35,142 nt of DNA. It comes from a virus (taxonomy: Duplodnaviria; Caudoviricetes). Both the position numbers and the translations under genes were made by a program. The notes under the pieces are model-generated. The model saw nothing but the letters and a program-made list of their open reading frames with translations, made no database searches and had not been told where the DNA came from. The stretch lies in the IMG/VR virus record IMGVR_UViG_3300005512_000139, positions 1-35,142 of that record. One strand, given 5' to 3'. Shown piece by piece: positions 14,401-20,535 of the stretch. Numbering within the stretch: the stretch's first letter is position 1; every line of letters starts with the position of its first letter.

Positions 14401-14604
14401 ATCTGTATTGTCAGTTAATGACTCTAACTTTAGATATTGATCAATATTATTCAGTAAATCAACAGATGCTCCAGGATATTCTTGAGAAATATAATACTGC
14501 TTTAAAAACTCTCCAATTAAAGGAAAGTCATCTCTAACAAAAGATGGTAGTTGACTAACAACTACATCTTGAATTTGTACTCTTTGAAGATCTGTAGATA
14601 TCAT
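2452..14604 (-). CDS. gp7: Giant baseplate wedge initiator (gp7-like) structural protein
   Basis: 4050 aa. N-terminus SQLPSFVRDDFPLIGEFLKQYY...FYKSKGT, a YHYH-like segment (HSPIIGWAYDGNPIYGPYGY, LDEHNGRFCITPDYPNGVYAYF), and repeated GxGY beta-rich units; lies between gp6 and gp8. Confidence 0.8.
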   Translation of the reverse strand: MISTDLQRVQIQDVVVSQLPSFVRDDFPLIGEFLKQYYISQEYPGASVDLLNNIDQYLKLESLTDNTDTTVTSAYVDIDDDTISVEFDLSSNVLGTYQFPEKNGLIKIGDEIILYAEKTSNSFTGCVRGFSGVTSYHDLNTPDKLTFSQSQVDSHASGSVVTNLSALLLNEFLIKIKKQFTPGFDQRELFSGLNEKLFISEGSSFYKSKGTDRSFEILFSALYGEPVEVIRPAEFLFKPSDAQYRVTKDIVTEFISATGTDLNSDIGTPLDLKNQTLFQDNFTNVAIGTTGAARADYGIDSASATINDVEKLFLGGKEYYKLSLDFGYARDVRFSGSILGDFSVHPKTKIVNTVSIGATTIDVDSTIGFPDSGELVIGSGIVTYTAKSVNQFLSVDGVESTLARESDIRINCTAYSYVGVGTTTRIDLRIGSVLSDVEIDSPNTYYYTDGDTARIKSLGITTNSPAAYSWIYNVSPTFTVDSSELIDSSSGSYRIKCESPHNFNIGTRIVVIAGDTELFASVDSVSNDKTFSATFGTTIPVGNTITAQRVTTNARVIPSLSDKFGYIENYTSDVSNTYADFDGNLLVAASSLPYYANNFLQPNNRQIDLSGSFEGDTFTFNNHGYFTGDSVYYKKNVTTTDVAGEQVETISGFNDLSERIYYVRRIGSNQFKLATSQSNLFEEKYVSVSGIVTSNTLTPTEYSGKDIEHQKLIKKISKPLNESGTYLTNSGKTGILINGVEILNYKSENYVYYGKLEDIVVSNSGDGYDIINPPALVINDNVGTGATGICNVKGSLKRIEVLSGGFDYVEDPIVTITGGNGKGAVAEISTNMITHTESFNAEDSVTTGISSDTIGFSTFHKFRNSEQVIYRTDNQTGIAGIVTDAKYHVRTIDAHTVSLHPTKVDAISNTNVLDLTALGSGVHRLESVEKKKVIAHISIVNEGSNYESKERSTGISGINTSLNYINISNHQYASGELVRYTFTDTQVSGLNSNTSYYVTVIDEDNFALSAVGVGTTNKSFFYDTAQYINFGSVGSGNHSFNYEPISVSVAGKIGVTTFVGQSFDADVQPVFRGTIESVQVTDNGVGYGSSDIIDFDRQPRITVFSGDDAELLPIVNNGRIQEVLVTNPGSGYNSPPDLIVSGSGSNATLVAVLLNGQISSVIVNDPGSDYNQDDTTVAIVSAGSGAQFNSNLQKWNINLFQKYFDLTTDDDGILSSSQNEFYGIQYSHIYAPRNLRESIFSKSQENEIRYGTTDLVRLNNIEVSSSYHSPIIGWAYDGNPIYGPYGYDTPTGGVVRSMISGYELQSNLPNRPDLFNSGFFVDDYIFTGNGDLDEHNGRFCITPDYPNGVYAYFATINSNGAESSGPFRGYKAPQFPYLIGNSYYSKPDSFNFEFNNQDNFDLNTSKYFRNTSPYSLDTAGASYNYLFQPDSIRSQTININDTSKGSVQSVGIITGGTGYQVGDRIEFETVSEYPTTPAVARVSRVGGKVVNSVSVASSSIDSLEIVPLRLNTSNQFVAFSTAPNLFSAGDIVNIEGISTSSSYIQGSFNVGITSSLFNLTTGVGTAGVTGIVTYFSISGEILSDIFNIRENDIFDIGSERIRILNVDVLNSRVRVQRSVEGTVSVAHTATTQLVERTRKFRFSPNKKETNVKFELNKEIYFNPIEAVALGNESGVGIGTTITFSNPGAGKTQLFVQTRAIYLPDHELKTGDILTYNSYDGSSIGVSTVGASNQFDIPEKVYVARISKDLIGLSTVSVSLGSTGTFVGASATTINDGLLYFTGIGTGHQHSFTTNKDNIVSASVKKNIVTVSTASTHGLTLGNNVFINAISGVSTSVSVKYNDHNRRLVFDPKDFTAGNVDVVENTITIANHGLVTGDKVIHTASTPSGGLMDEEIYYIFAFTDDKIKLTTSAYNATKFDPIFVDITSASAGTISPINPSKTFFNNETVTFDLSDSSLSFEVSGANYSAFDFDLYSDDNLDYVFNTSESSDTFEVSKTGRVGVDTNAGLTLRINSNVPSKLYYRATPVLDTFIPENKKEIVIDSDVLNNNTIQIESSKYSGNYKVTGLTTNTFEYNSERVPEISSYTSSNATLSYETDSKVAYGPISNIEFLNKGFGYPYIVGVSSIVGVSSNSNRGGAILQPSSTDIGSIISTTIEDIGFDYPTDNTLRPTLNLPEVVLVDPLVVFDEIGITSAGKNYTIAPNLVVLDGLTGNLVNDVDLTYEVGDTKVTILKNTKGISNVQPTIIPVDNSTGIPVSSITYDDSDKTVTVGLATAFSDSAPLSVGDKILLEGVSVGVGTTGNGYNSSDYGYALFQLTDVNIPLGGSVGVVTYTMIDLLASGQIPGNFDAANSSPRIIPEKDFPKFNSTLKKNNFLAGEVVTSGNKSGTVESWNDQVELLKINTKVDFQVGDIISGRTSKSQSIVKEVVNFNAHSNLDSTSIVQKGWQKETGFLNYNTERMPDNNYYQQFSYSLKSKVSYETWNDAVSALAHPTGLLKFSDHIIETQDENFRGVFTENSGSTVDIVTDVSSAIDIQCYSDFDLVTENSLNIGSQTISDEIYFKSRILTDYFESVGNRVLTIDDISTEFNSEPRADRFSAIGNFSLNQKVNKFFTFIKDRRFTDERQTMFVSIVNDGTRAYLSQYGRVDTTYDMGSFDFRVSGTEGELLFYPTKFSVNNFNVSFINIGVNNSVIGVGSTSLGDVARVETFQKDSFSSTTNIVSIASTYRSAHLIVETNNDQGLFEYNELNVIHDGSSAELIEYNQIVTGTLGASGSVGLGTYETAISGGNLNVSFTPNAGTACTTNVFGIFIPTSASGGIGNTITIGNLDEGIGLVDSHQTTIPASGTPGIHTIATYTHDGINDYQAAYYVISIEDTTNNQYQVSEAVVLNDSSNVYVTEYGNLTTGIGIGTIGALRTSTNTHLQYTPPASAATEVRVFQMAIEQVTPTSFGEAAVRLNNAIIEGSYGTYAGTATNILRAFKLRHKEKEIFRRDVDASDTNIINISEDSLTIPDHFFVSGEEIVYSYGEDDTPIGIVTTTFSGIGATAFLPNHNVPLYAIKIDDSTIKIASSAANALASIPTPVNFIAAGVGTVHAFTARNQNTKCLIALDNMIQSPIISTATTTGITTTLLKTEDILKVSGITSFFGGDLIQIDDEIMKINTIGIGTTNAILVDRGWMGTNIAIHTENSIVTKVNGSYNIVDNTINFYTAPQGPTPISSTTNPPDSRDWTGITTFSTFQGRTFLRSGTTGGSIRTYNDNYVFDDISEGFNATSKDFTLKSNGENVAGFSTNNAVVLINNIFQSPTGQLTSNQDYTLSEGSGISTITFTGAATSLASDPNNATIPVGGIIVSVGSTGGIGYQPLVAAGGTAIVSVGGTIVSVSIGNSGSGYRAGIQTVRVGVQTSSTGTPNIEFIGTAAIQNGHIVSIAVTTSGSGYSIGSEPIVVIDEPLSYSNISLVGGGGTEATADIVVGQGSSVVQFEIRNGGYGYGQGQVLTVPIGGMTGIPTDTTKTFKEFQLTIDKVESDSFSGWHFGELQVLDLIQDQFDGVKRSFTLKTASSPVTIRSAPGSKIDVQSTLLVFLNDILQVPGEGFTLDGGSTLTFASAPRGADTDYTGDTCKILFYKGSGDVDVVFRDVLESVKEGDTLQIENQEKRLVTEIFATDSVETNAYNGFGIDSNPDNIRRVEWCKQKFDKVIDGQIISKSRNEVEPLIFPSTFLIQPVGVSSDIAFVESVKTFFDNDKENNTAARTKKVTLTSQDNIVGASATAVVSIAGTISEIVVSYGGTGYTSAPTVKIADPIGFDYTAPKTTYVNGSNIPVGLGTTATATATLTGDAVSSITVTRAGTGYTSTTPPEVIIEIPNSLSEENTTDSYSGDFGSIVGVTSTSIGAASTGYVFDFFIPIDSALRDTNIVGSAVTVSGIQTGYYFVVNNSNIGSGVTSLYQDNTVLGVTTQFLDSVYEVAAVSTATTAVAGVGVTYVRRVTVSVQDLGDVTGIGLTEFYGNYSWGRIDLGARVSAKAFNSYTLNGSAGISTSAIITRSSPLKFQNYL

Positions 14605-14614
14605 TTTACGTCAA

Positions 14615-16705
14615 TTAATAGGAATATCCGCTGGAGGTGATTGAACTTGAAGTCATAGTATTATTTACCGTAGTCGCAGAACGTCCTGTTTGAGTTCTTT
14701 GAGTTCTTTGAGTTCTTTGAGTTCTTATTGCTGTTGTTGAATCTTGGATTTGATTCGCCAAGAGAACTGGGCCACGAACTAAAGAACCATTTGCAAAACT
14801 AGAAGTTACTTCATAGTTACTTCCAGAGATATCATTACCAGAAGCAATGTTGTCGGGTTTTGATTGCACACTTGTATAACTCATATCAAGTTGGAGGTAC
14901 AGATCTTGAAGTCCGATTACATCATTTGAATATGGAACTGCACTTATTTGAACAATAGGATATCCTTCATTGATTACTGTACCAGTAATCATGATTGGAC
15001 TTAATTTTACTTCACCTTTAATATAATCAATTACTCCAGCATTTGCTTTTACAACTCGGACTTGAGATGGAGAATCTAATTGAATTAAATTTACAACTCC
15101 AGTTTTGAGATCTTGATTTGGAGAATCTGCAAGATAAACCGTACCAACAATACCACTTACGTTAAATCCCGAAGATTTAATATTATATCCAATCTGTCCA
15201 CCATGAGTTCCATGTCCATGGTTTTTGATATAAAATCTATTACCAAAGCAAATTTCATATTCAGCAAAATTATTTACTACAGGACGCATGTCCCTTCTCA
15301 TTTCAATTGTTGTAATATTTGAAGTGATAGAATCTGCACTATCATCAATAATTTTTAAAAACTTACTATACTTAAATCTTGCGCCAAACTTATTCATCTC
15401 ATCAGATTCTGCAAATTTATCGATATTTCTAGTTACAACATCTGTCACATTCGCTCGTGATTTTGCAGTATTGCTGTTATAATATGCACTGACAGTTGGT
15501 TCGACATAAAGATACTTCAAGTCAATAATTTCTGGCATAATACCAGCAACTGAGTATTTCTTAAGATCAGAAATCAGATTTTGTTTGATATTAGTTGATA
15601 AGAAAGATCCATTAATTGGTTTGATTGAAATAAAAACCTTTCCGAACTGCGGAGGACTTAACTCTTCCCCACCAAAAGCAGCAACAGATTCTGCCTCAGG
15701 ATAAATCGATGGAACAATTGCTTCATAATCAGATGCAGTTACTGCTCTATTTTGAGATGCATAAATTCTAGTTGAATATTTTTTGATAGATTCAACACTT
15801 TCAATACTTTTTCCGCCAGATGAAATTGTATTTGCAGTTAATGGAGAAACAACAGCGCCATTAATTGGATTTCCCGTTCTGGTATCAGTTATTCTACCGA
15901 TAAAATTAAAAGTACTATTTCCGTTTCCTGCTTCACCATCAGTAACTACATATGCAACTTCAATTACTGATGGAGATTCTAATTTAATACCATAAACACC
16001 GTCACCAAAGATTAATTCATATCTTTCATCTTGAATCTCCTGAACCCAATATATGGGTGATGTGGGAGTAACATTGAATAAACTATCAGATTGTGTATAT
16101 TTTCTACTGATTCGAGATCCAGAAGATGGTTTTACACTGACTCTAATCGTTGTAGTGTCAATATTTGGATTAGGTAAAATAAATCTTTGATTCGGATCAA
16201 AGGCATCAACAGTAAAAGTAGTCGTGATATATGTTCCCTGTACAATGTCGATATTATCAAAATCTGCTTGATCGTCATTAACCGCAATTGAAATATCATC
16301 TAAAATATTAAAATTGCGGTTAACCGCACCAAAAATTTCTGATGTCGCAACAGGGCCTTTGTTTAGAGTTACAACTTCTGGTTGTTGCCCTAGAATTCCT
16401 TCTGTATCGATAAAAAATGAAATATTTGCTCTTGCTGCTCTTCTTGATCTTGGAACATATCCAATATTTCTTGCTAATGAGACGACATTCTCTCTTAATG
16501 TCGCACTATCAATGAATACCTCATTCGACAACATGTTAGCGTTGTATGAGGTTATATACGTATTATACGCTAAAACATCAATAATTGTTGACAGGTTAGA
16601 TCCTTCAAAATCATAATCCGTAAAATTTGAATTAGATCTTAAATAATCTTTGATAGATGTTTTTATCTGATCAAAATCGAGATCAGAAAAGTTGACTAAT
16701 GGCAT
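14615..16705 (-). CDS. gp6: Baseplate wedge subunit gp6
   Basis: 696 aa with LDFDQIK, FTDYDFEGS, DSATLRENVVSLARNIGY and QNRAVTASDY, hallmark gp6 motifs. Confidence 0.95.
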   Translation of the reverse strand: MPLVNFSDLDFDQIKTSIKDYLRSNSNFTDYDFEGSNLSTIIDVLAYNTYITSYNANMLSNEVFIDSATLRENVVSLARNIGYVPRSRRAARANISFFIDTEGILGQQPEVVTLNKGPVATSEIFGAVNRNFNILDDISIAVNDDQADFDNIDIVQGTYITTTFTVDAFDPNQRFILPNPNIDTTTIRVSVKPSSGSRISRKYTQSDSLFNVTPTSPIYWVQEIQDERYELIFGDGVYGIKLESPSVIEVAYVVTDGEAGNGNSTFNFIGRITDTRTGNPINGAVVSPLTANTISSGGKSIESVESIKKYSTRIYASQNRAVTASDYEAIVPSIYPEAESVAAFGGEELSPPQFGKVFISIKPINGSFLSTNIKQNLISDLKKYSVAGIMPEIIDLKYLYVEPTVSAYYNSNTAKSRANVTDVVTRNIDKFAESDEMNKFGARFKYSKFLKIIDDSADSITSNITTIEMRRDMRPVVNNFAEYEICFGNRFYIKNHGHGTHGGQIGYNIKSSGFNVSGIVGTVYLADSPNQDLKTGVVNLIQLDSPSQVRVVKANAGVIDYIKGEVKLSPIMITGTVINEGYPIVQISAVPYSNDVIGLQDLYLQLDMSYTSVQSKPDNIASGNDISGSNYEVTSSFANGSLVRGPVLLANQIQDSTTAIRTQRTQRTQRTQTGRSATTVNNTMTSSSITSSGYSY
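14690..14725. repeat. 9-bp tandem repeat x4 (TTGAGTTCT), encoding RTQ x4 in the gp6 C-terminal tail
   Basis: Directly visible in the sequence and in the translation RTQRTQRTQRTQ. Confidence 0.95.
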
Positions 16706-17106
16706 TATCGTGTCGGTTGTAACGCAAACGTTAATTGTTGTGCTTGAGCTTCGATACCAACGATTCTATATCGAATAGTAACGTTTAATTCTCCATTATC
16801 AAAGTCTGGAACAGCAGTTACACTATCCAAAGCAACCCTTGGTTCAAATCTGGTGATCACATTTTCAATTTCATCCCTTACTTCTGAGGCAATTATATTG
16901 TCTAATGGTTCAAAAAGTAGTTTAGATACCCTAGATCCCAATTCGGGTTGAAAAAATCTCTCTCCAGGACTTGTAAGAACTAAGTTTTTTAATGATCTAG
17001 CAATCGCATTCTCATTTTTAAGCGCCAAAAGATCATAGGTTAGCGGGCTAACCTGAAAACTAGACGAAATGTCTTTAAATGTCCTACTTTGACGCTGTAC
17101 AGGCAT
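16705..17106 (-). CDS. gp25: Baseplate wedge subunit gp25
   Basis: 133 aa with FKDISSSF, AIARSLKNLVLTSPGERFFQPELGS and FEPRV; its stop overlaps the gp6 start. Confidence 0.95.
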   Translation of the reverse strand: MPVQRQSRTFKDISSSFQVSPLTYDLLALKNENAIARSLKNLVLTSPGERFFQPELGSRVSKLLFEPLDNIIASEVRDEIENVITRFEPRVALDSVTAVPDFDNGELNVTIRYRIVGIEAQAQQLTFALQPTR

Positions 17107-17127
17107 TACATATAGTACTTTATATGG

Positions 17128-17811
17128 TTATTTATTACCCAAATCTGAAGAATTTTCAACATTTTCACGTTCTTTTGCAGTTTTCCAGAAATATTCGTCC
17201 TCTCTACCCATTCCAAGACGTTCAAAACCATTTTCAACCTGATAATACTGTGTCGAAACCTTAAAATCAGGCATTTTTGGTTCGACAGGTGTCAAACTGT
17301 TATCAAAAATACGCATTCGGTTGTTCGGATACAGTGCATATTGTCCATTTTCAAGTTCAATGAGGTTATGTGACTTGTGTTCTGCTGGATTTTCACTTGT
17401 TGCATAATCAATAACATCAGGATCTTGATGATAATTGTCTAATGTACAAATATAAGTACCTTTCTGAATACCAAAGTCCCTTGTATACAATTCATAATCC
17501 ATTGAACCAATAAATTGCTTCTGAACAGAAACAACACCATAGTCCATACAATTCCAGAACTGTAAATTTGGTAGATCCATATCAGGATTTGGTGTTTCAG
17601 GAGCACTTACAAAAGCACTAATTGGTAGTTTATCATACATTGCAGCATATTCTGGTAAATATGTCTCAAAATAAAAAGTGCGTCCAGGTATCGACTTAGC
17701 CGATACCCAAACGCCCTTTACGAATTCTCCGTGTCCACTTTGATGATCCGTTAGATATTCTTTTCTAACCCATACCTCAACTGATGGAAGGTTGCAAATA
17801 AGTGCTGCCAT
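17128..17811 (-). CDS. Conserved hypothetical phage protein
   Basis: 227-aa ORF with normal composition. A late-like box GTAAATA at 17834-17840 lies just upstream. Confidence 0.8.
   Translation of the reverse strand: MAALICNLPSVEVWVRKEYLTDHQSGHGEFVKGVWVSAKSIPGRTFYFETYLPEYAAMYDKLPISAFVSAPETPNPDMDLPNLQFWNCMDYGVVSVQKQFIGSMDYELYTRDFGIQKGTYICTLDNYHQDPDVIDYATSENPAEHKSHNLIELENGQYALYPNNRMRIFDNSLTPVEPKMPDFKVSTQYYQVENGFERLGMGREDEYFWKTAKERENVENSSDLGNK
17129..17135 (-). promoter_or_regulatory. T4-type late promoter (ATAAATA)
   Basis: Late box about 22 nt upstream of the gp25 ATG. Confidence 0.6.
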
Positions 17812-17832
17812 TTACATAACGTAACTCTTTAC

Positions 17833-17967
17833 CTATTTACCCTGTCCGCGATACTTCTTTTTTGCTTTATTGCGAGAGGTTGCACTCAAAAGAGTATTTT
17901 GTGACTTACCTTGACGAGTCTTTTTCGGAGTACTTGGTACATAATTACCGCCTTTCATGATTGCCAT
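17833..17967 (-). CDS. Small basic hypothetical protein (44 aa)
   Basis: MAIMKGGNYVPSTPKKTRQGKSQNTLLSATSRNKAKKKYRGQGK, preceded by an AAGGAG Shine-Dalgarno. Below the ORF-track cutoff. Confidence 0.7.
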   Translation of the reverse strand: MAIMKGGNYVPSTPKKTRQGKSQNTLLSATSRNKAKKKYRGQGK

Positions 17968-18118
17968 AATGAATCTCCTTTAATTCAATAAGTTCTGGAT
18001 TTAAATCTTCTCCCGAGAAAAAACTTTCGGAATAAGTTTGTAAGATCTCAGTACATTCTTCATGACTGAGATCTGTATGAATCAATCGTCCTTTATAATG
18101 AACATTGAAACGTCTCAT
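17945..18118 (-). CDS. Small hypothetical protein (57 aa)
   Basis: MRRFNVHYKGRLIHTDLSHEECTEILQTYSESFFSGEDLNPELIELKEI...; its ATG overlaps the upstream stop (TAATG). Confidence 0.65.
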   Translation of the reverse strand: MRRFNVHYKGRLIHTDLSHEECTEILQTYSESFFSGEDLNPELIELKEIHYGNHERR

Positions 18119-18885
18119 TAGATAATACGAGTTTTTTCATGTCCAACACGAATACGAGGGTCGCACCAAATTTGATAACCTTCCTCAATTGCATCAAGAC
18201 AGAATGAGACATCCTCACCACACATGTCCTGAACTTCACCACTTTCAAAGACTTGCATCTTCGGAGCAAACCAAGGATATGGAAGTTTCTCAAAGACACC
18301 TTTCTTCACCAATACCCAACCAAAACCAGTGTAGTCAACAGTAAATGGTTTCCGACGCTTTGTGATAGAATCGACAGTTTCGTGATTCATCACTCCACCA
18401 TTCTTACGGAAATCATCCTCTTCTAACCAGTGTGCGACAGAAGTTGTGCGTCCATCCTCTGTGGCATACCACCCAGCAGTAATCTCCTTTTCTGTGCCGT
18501 CTTCAGAGATTGCCATATCACACAACTGCCAGAACTTGTTTGTGTCAAAAACAATGTCACTATCAATCCACAGTTGATAATCATACTCCAACTTACCATC
18601 CCAAGGTACTTGATCTCGTCCACGCAAGACATTTGCACCCAATACCTTACAACGTGCAAAGTTAACCATAGAAGAGTAATCTTGACTAATCTGAATACTC
18701 ATTCCATTCTGTACCATATCAAAGCACAGTTGTACAAAGTTCTTCAGAAAAATAAAACTACATCCACGTCCTGGAAGGCAGAATACAATACTCTTACCCT
18801 TCATCCGTGCTTTGATTGCATCATAATCCCAATCCTCAGTCTTCTTCTTTGGTGGGACAGTCTTAACAGTAAATCCTTTTGCCAT
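18118..18885 (-). CDS. Glycosyltransferase-like protein (GT-A fold)
   Basis: 255 aa with a DxD motif (LWIDSDIVF), YTGFGWVLV, GEDVSFC and RVGHEK, as in GT2-like phage proteins. Confidence 0.7.
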   Translation of the reverse strand: MAKGFTVKTVPPKKKTEDWDYDAIKARMKGKSIVFCLPGRGCSFIFLKNFVQLCFDMVQNGMSIQISQDYSSMVNFARCKVLGANVLRGRDQVPWDGKLEYDYQLWIDSDIVFDTNKFWQLCDMAISEDGTEKEITAGWYATEDGRTTSVAHWLEEDDFRKNGGVMNHETVDSITKRRKPFTVDYTGFGWVLVKKGVFEKLPYPWFAPKMQVFESGEVQDMCGEDVSFCLDAIEEGYQIWCDPRIRVGHEKTRII

Positions 18886-18908
18886 GTTTTTGAAATTACT
18901 TCAGTTCA

Positions 18909-18937
18909 ATTATAGTGTGTAAATTGGTTCTTGTCAA
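18909..18937 (-). promoter_or_regulatory. Sigma70-type promoter
   Basis: Perfect TTGACA-17 nt-TATAAT upstream of the 18885 start. Confidence 0.85.
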
Positions 18938-18943
18938 TTTAAC

Positions 18944-19144
18944 CTAGAAACTAGGAGAACCAGAAGGTGAATCACCTTCCATTAAATTATATACCTCCTC
19001 ATATGATAAATCCTCAACCACATAATCAGTCTTCATTAAACCAACCATACCTTGAAGATCCTTCCAAGTTCTCTTGAATTCATCCTCTTTTAATGAATGA
19101 AAGAGAATATTATTTTTTGCATAAATGTGATAAACTTTTTCCAT
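18944..19144 (-). CDS. Hypothetical protein (66 aa)
   Basis: ORF with a GGAGG Shine-Dalgarno upstream. Confidence 0.7.
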   Translation of the reverse strand: MEKVYHIYAKNNILFHSLKEDEFKRTWKDLQGMVGLMKTDYVVEDLSYEEVYNLMEGDSPSGSPSF

Positions 19145-19179
19145 ATGGAATTTTTCCTCCGGAATTTTTTTCCTTATTA

Positions 19180-19320
19180 CTAATTAGACACAGCATTATA
19201 TATGATCACTATTAGAATACCCAACAGTACTCCAATGGGGCGGATAACTTTACCTGGATAACGTATTAACCAACCAGCAAATACTACTCTCCAAAAATTC
19301 CAATAAGGGGTGTTTTTCAT
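19180..19320 (-). CDS. Small membrane protein (probable start MKNTPYWNFW)
   Basis: Hydrophobic C-terminal helix IGVLLGILIVIIY. The ATG at 19320 is preferred over the track start at 19368. Confidence 0.55.
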   Translation of the reverse strand: MKNTPYWNFWRVVFAGWLIRYPGKVIRPIGVLLGILIVIIYNAVSN

Positions 19321-19465
19321 ATCCGGTAATTTTTTTATGAGAGTGATATAGAGAAGGCGTTTTGTCACCTCTGTAGGTTAGGGTAGTTTGGTTTTTTATA
19401 TACGGGGGGCCATCACGCCCGCATCAACCAACCGCCGAATAACCGCCCTTAACTGTCAACCACTG

Positions 19466-19506
19466 ATTCTAACATAAACGGGGCAAAGTGTCAATCACCG
19501 TGCCCC
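19466..19506 (-). promoter_or_regulatory. Sigma70-type early promoter with a stem-loop around the -35
   Basis: TTGACA (19489-19494)-17 nt-TAGAAT (19466-19471), with a GGGGCA...TGCCCC inverted repeat flanking the -35. Confidence 0.75.
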
Positions 19507-19515
19507 TGCTAAGTG

Positions 19516-19749
19516 TCACTGAAGGTGCTCTAATAATTCCTGATAGCACATCTGATAGATTTCCCCAGCGTGATACTCAGGGAGTTCAGTCCAGTGCATA
19601 TCAGCAGGAATACTATCGCAAATAATATCAGTTAGCACGAATTCGTCCAGTGTTACATTGTGACGGAATTCCACTGCTGCCATTAACTTAGCAACTGCCT
19701 CATTCATAACAGCGAAGAGGTGCTCAGTTTCGCGGGAGATGGTGATCAA
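19516..19749 (-). CDS. Hypothetical protein (77 aa)
   Basis: ORF with a TTG start 22 nt downstream of junction motif copy 1. Confidence 0.55.
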   Translation of the reverse strand: MITISRETEHLFAVMNEAVAKLMAAVEFRHNVTLDEFVLTDIICDSIPADMHWTELPEYHAGEIYQMCYQELLEHLQ

Positions 19750-19841
19750 GGGCGTTTCGAGTAGTGCTTACACTAGAGAGGACATTTGGGGGTAACTAAC
19801 AATATTACCCCCTCGGAGTTACTGTCAATCAGACTGCTGAA

Positions 19842-19985
19842 TCACGCACTGATTGATGCATAATACTCTGCACAGTCATTGATATTTTCTTGAATAATAT
19901 CCTCTTCGATAACATCCAGGATCTGAAGAATCTCAGAACCAGTGTTACCCTGACGGAGCAAACCGAGTGCCATTGAACGAGTCAT
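19842..19985 (-). CDS. Small hypothetical protein (47 aa)
   Basis: MTRSMALGLLRQGNTGSEILQILDVIEEDIIQENINDCAEYYASISA; sits between motif copies 2 and 1. Confidence 0.7.
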   Translation of the reverse strand: MTRSMALGLLRQGNTGSEILQILDVIEEDIIQENINDCAEYYASISA

Positions 19986-20070
19986 GTTTTGAAGTAGTGC
20001 TTACACCATAGAAGACATTTCAAGGTAACTAACAATAATACCACTGTGAGTTTCTGATACTCACTCTGAT

Positions 20071-20099
20071 ATTATACCAAAAAACTGTCTATCAGTCAA
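20071..20099 (-). promoter_or_regulatory. Sigma70-type promoter
   Basis: TTGACT-17 nt-TATAAT with an extended TG. Confidence 0.8.
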
Positions 20100-20132
20100 C
20101 GCAATCCTGTCAGAATTTCTATACGGGGGTTC

Positions 20133-20161
20133 TTGACATTTCTGCGAGAGTGTGATAGCCT
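20133..20161 (+). promoter_or_regulatory. Plus-strand sigma70-type promoter facing a noncoding region
   Basis: TTGACA-17 nt-TAGCCT with an extended TG; divergent from the 20071-20099 promoter. Confidence 0.55.
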
Positions 20162-20190
20162 GCTCGCCAAGATCACTACTCCCAGACACA

Positions 20191-20273
20191 TTTATCAGCA
20201 CCTTTCTATCATGCTTATCTGATACTTTATCAGCACCTTATCTGTACCAACTCTGAGGATTTATCAGCACCTT
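20191..20273. repeat. Three 14-bp direct repeats TTTATCAGCACCTT
   Basis: Copies at 20191-20204, 20226-20239 and 20260-20273 (period 35 and 34 bp). Confidence 0.9.
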
Positions 20274-20535
20274 TCTTCCTACTCTATGAGACATTTAGAG
20301 AGATACTTCTGAGTGCCTTCAGAGTACCTATACAGACACTTTACAGGGTATTCTCCACATCTTTTTCCACACATTGTTGAAAACGTATAAACAACGCATA
20401 TACATTAAAAAAACCTTTTTTAATTGATTTTTTACATAATCTTTATCTATATGAGGAAAAATAGAGCAAAAATCACTCGCAAACGCCTCGGAGAGTTACT
20501 ATAACATAAGGAGATATGTAGAGAAAAAAAGACAT

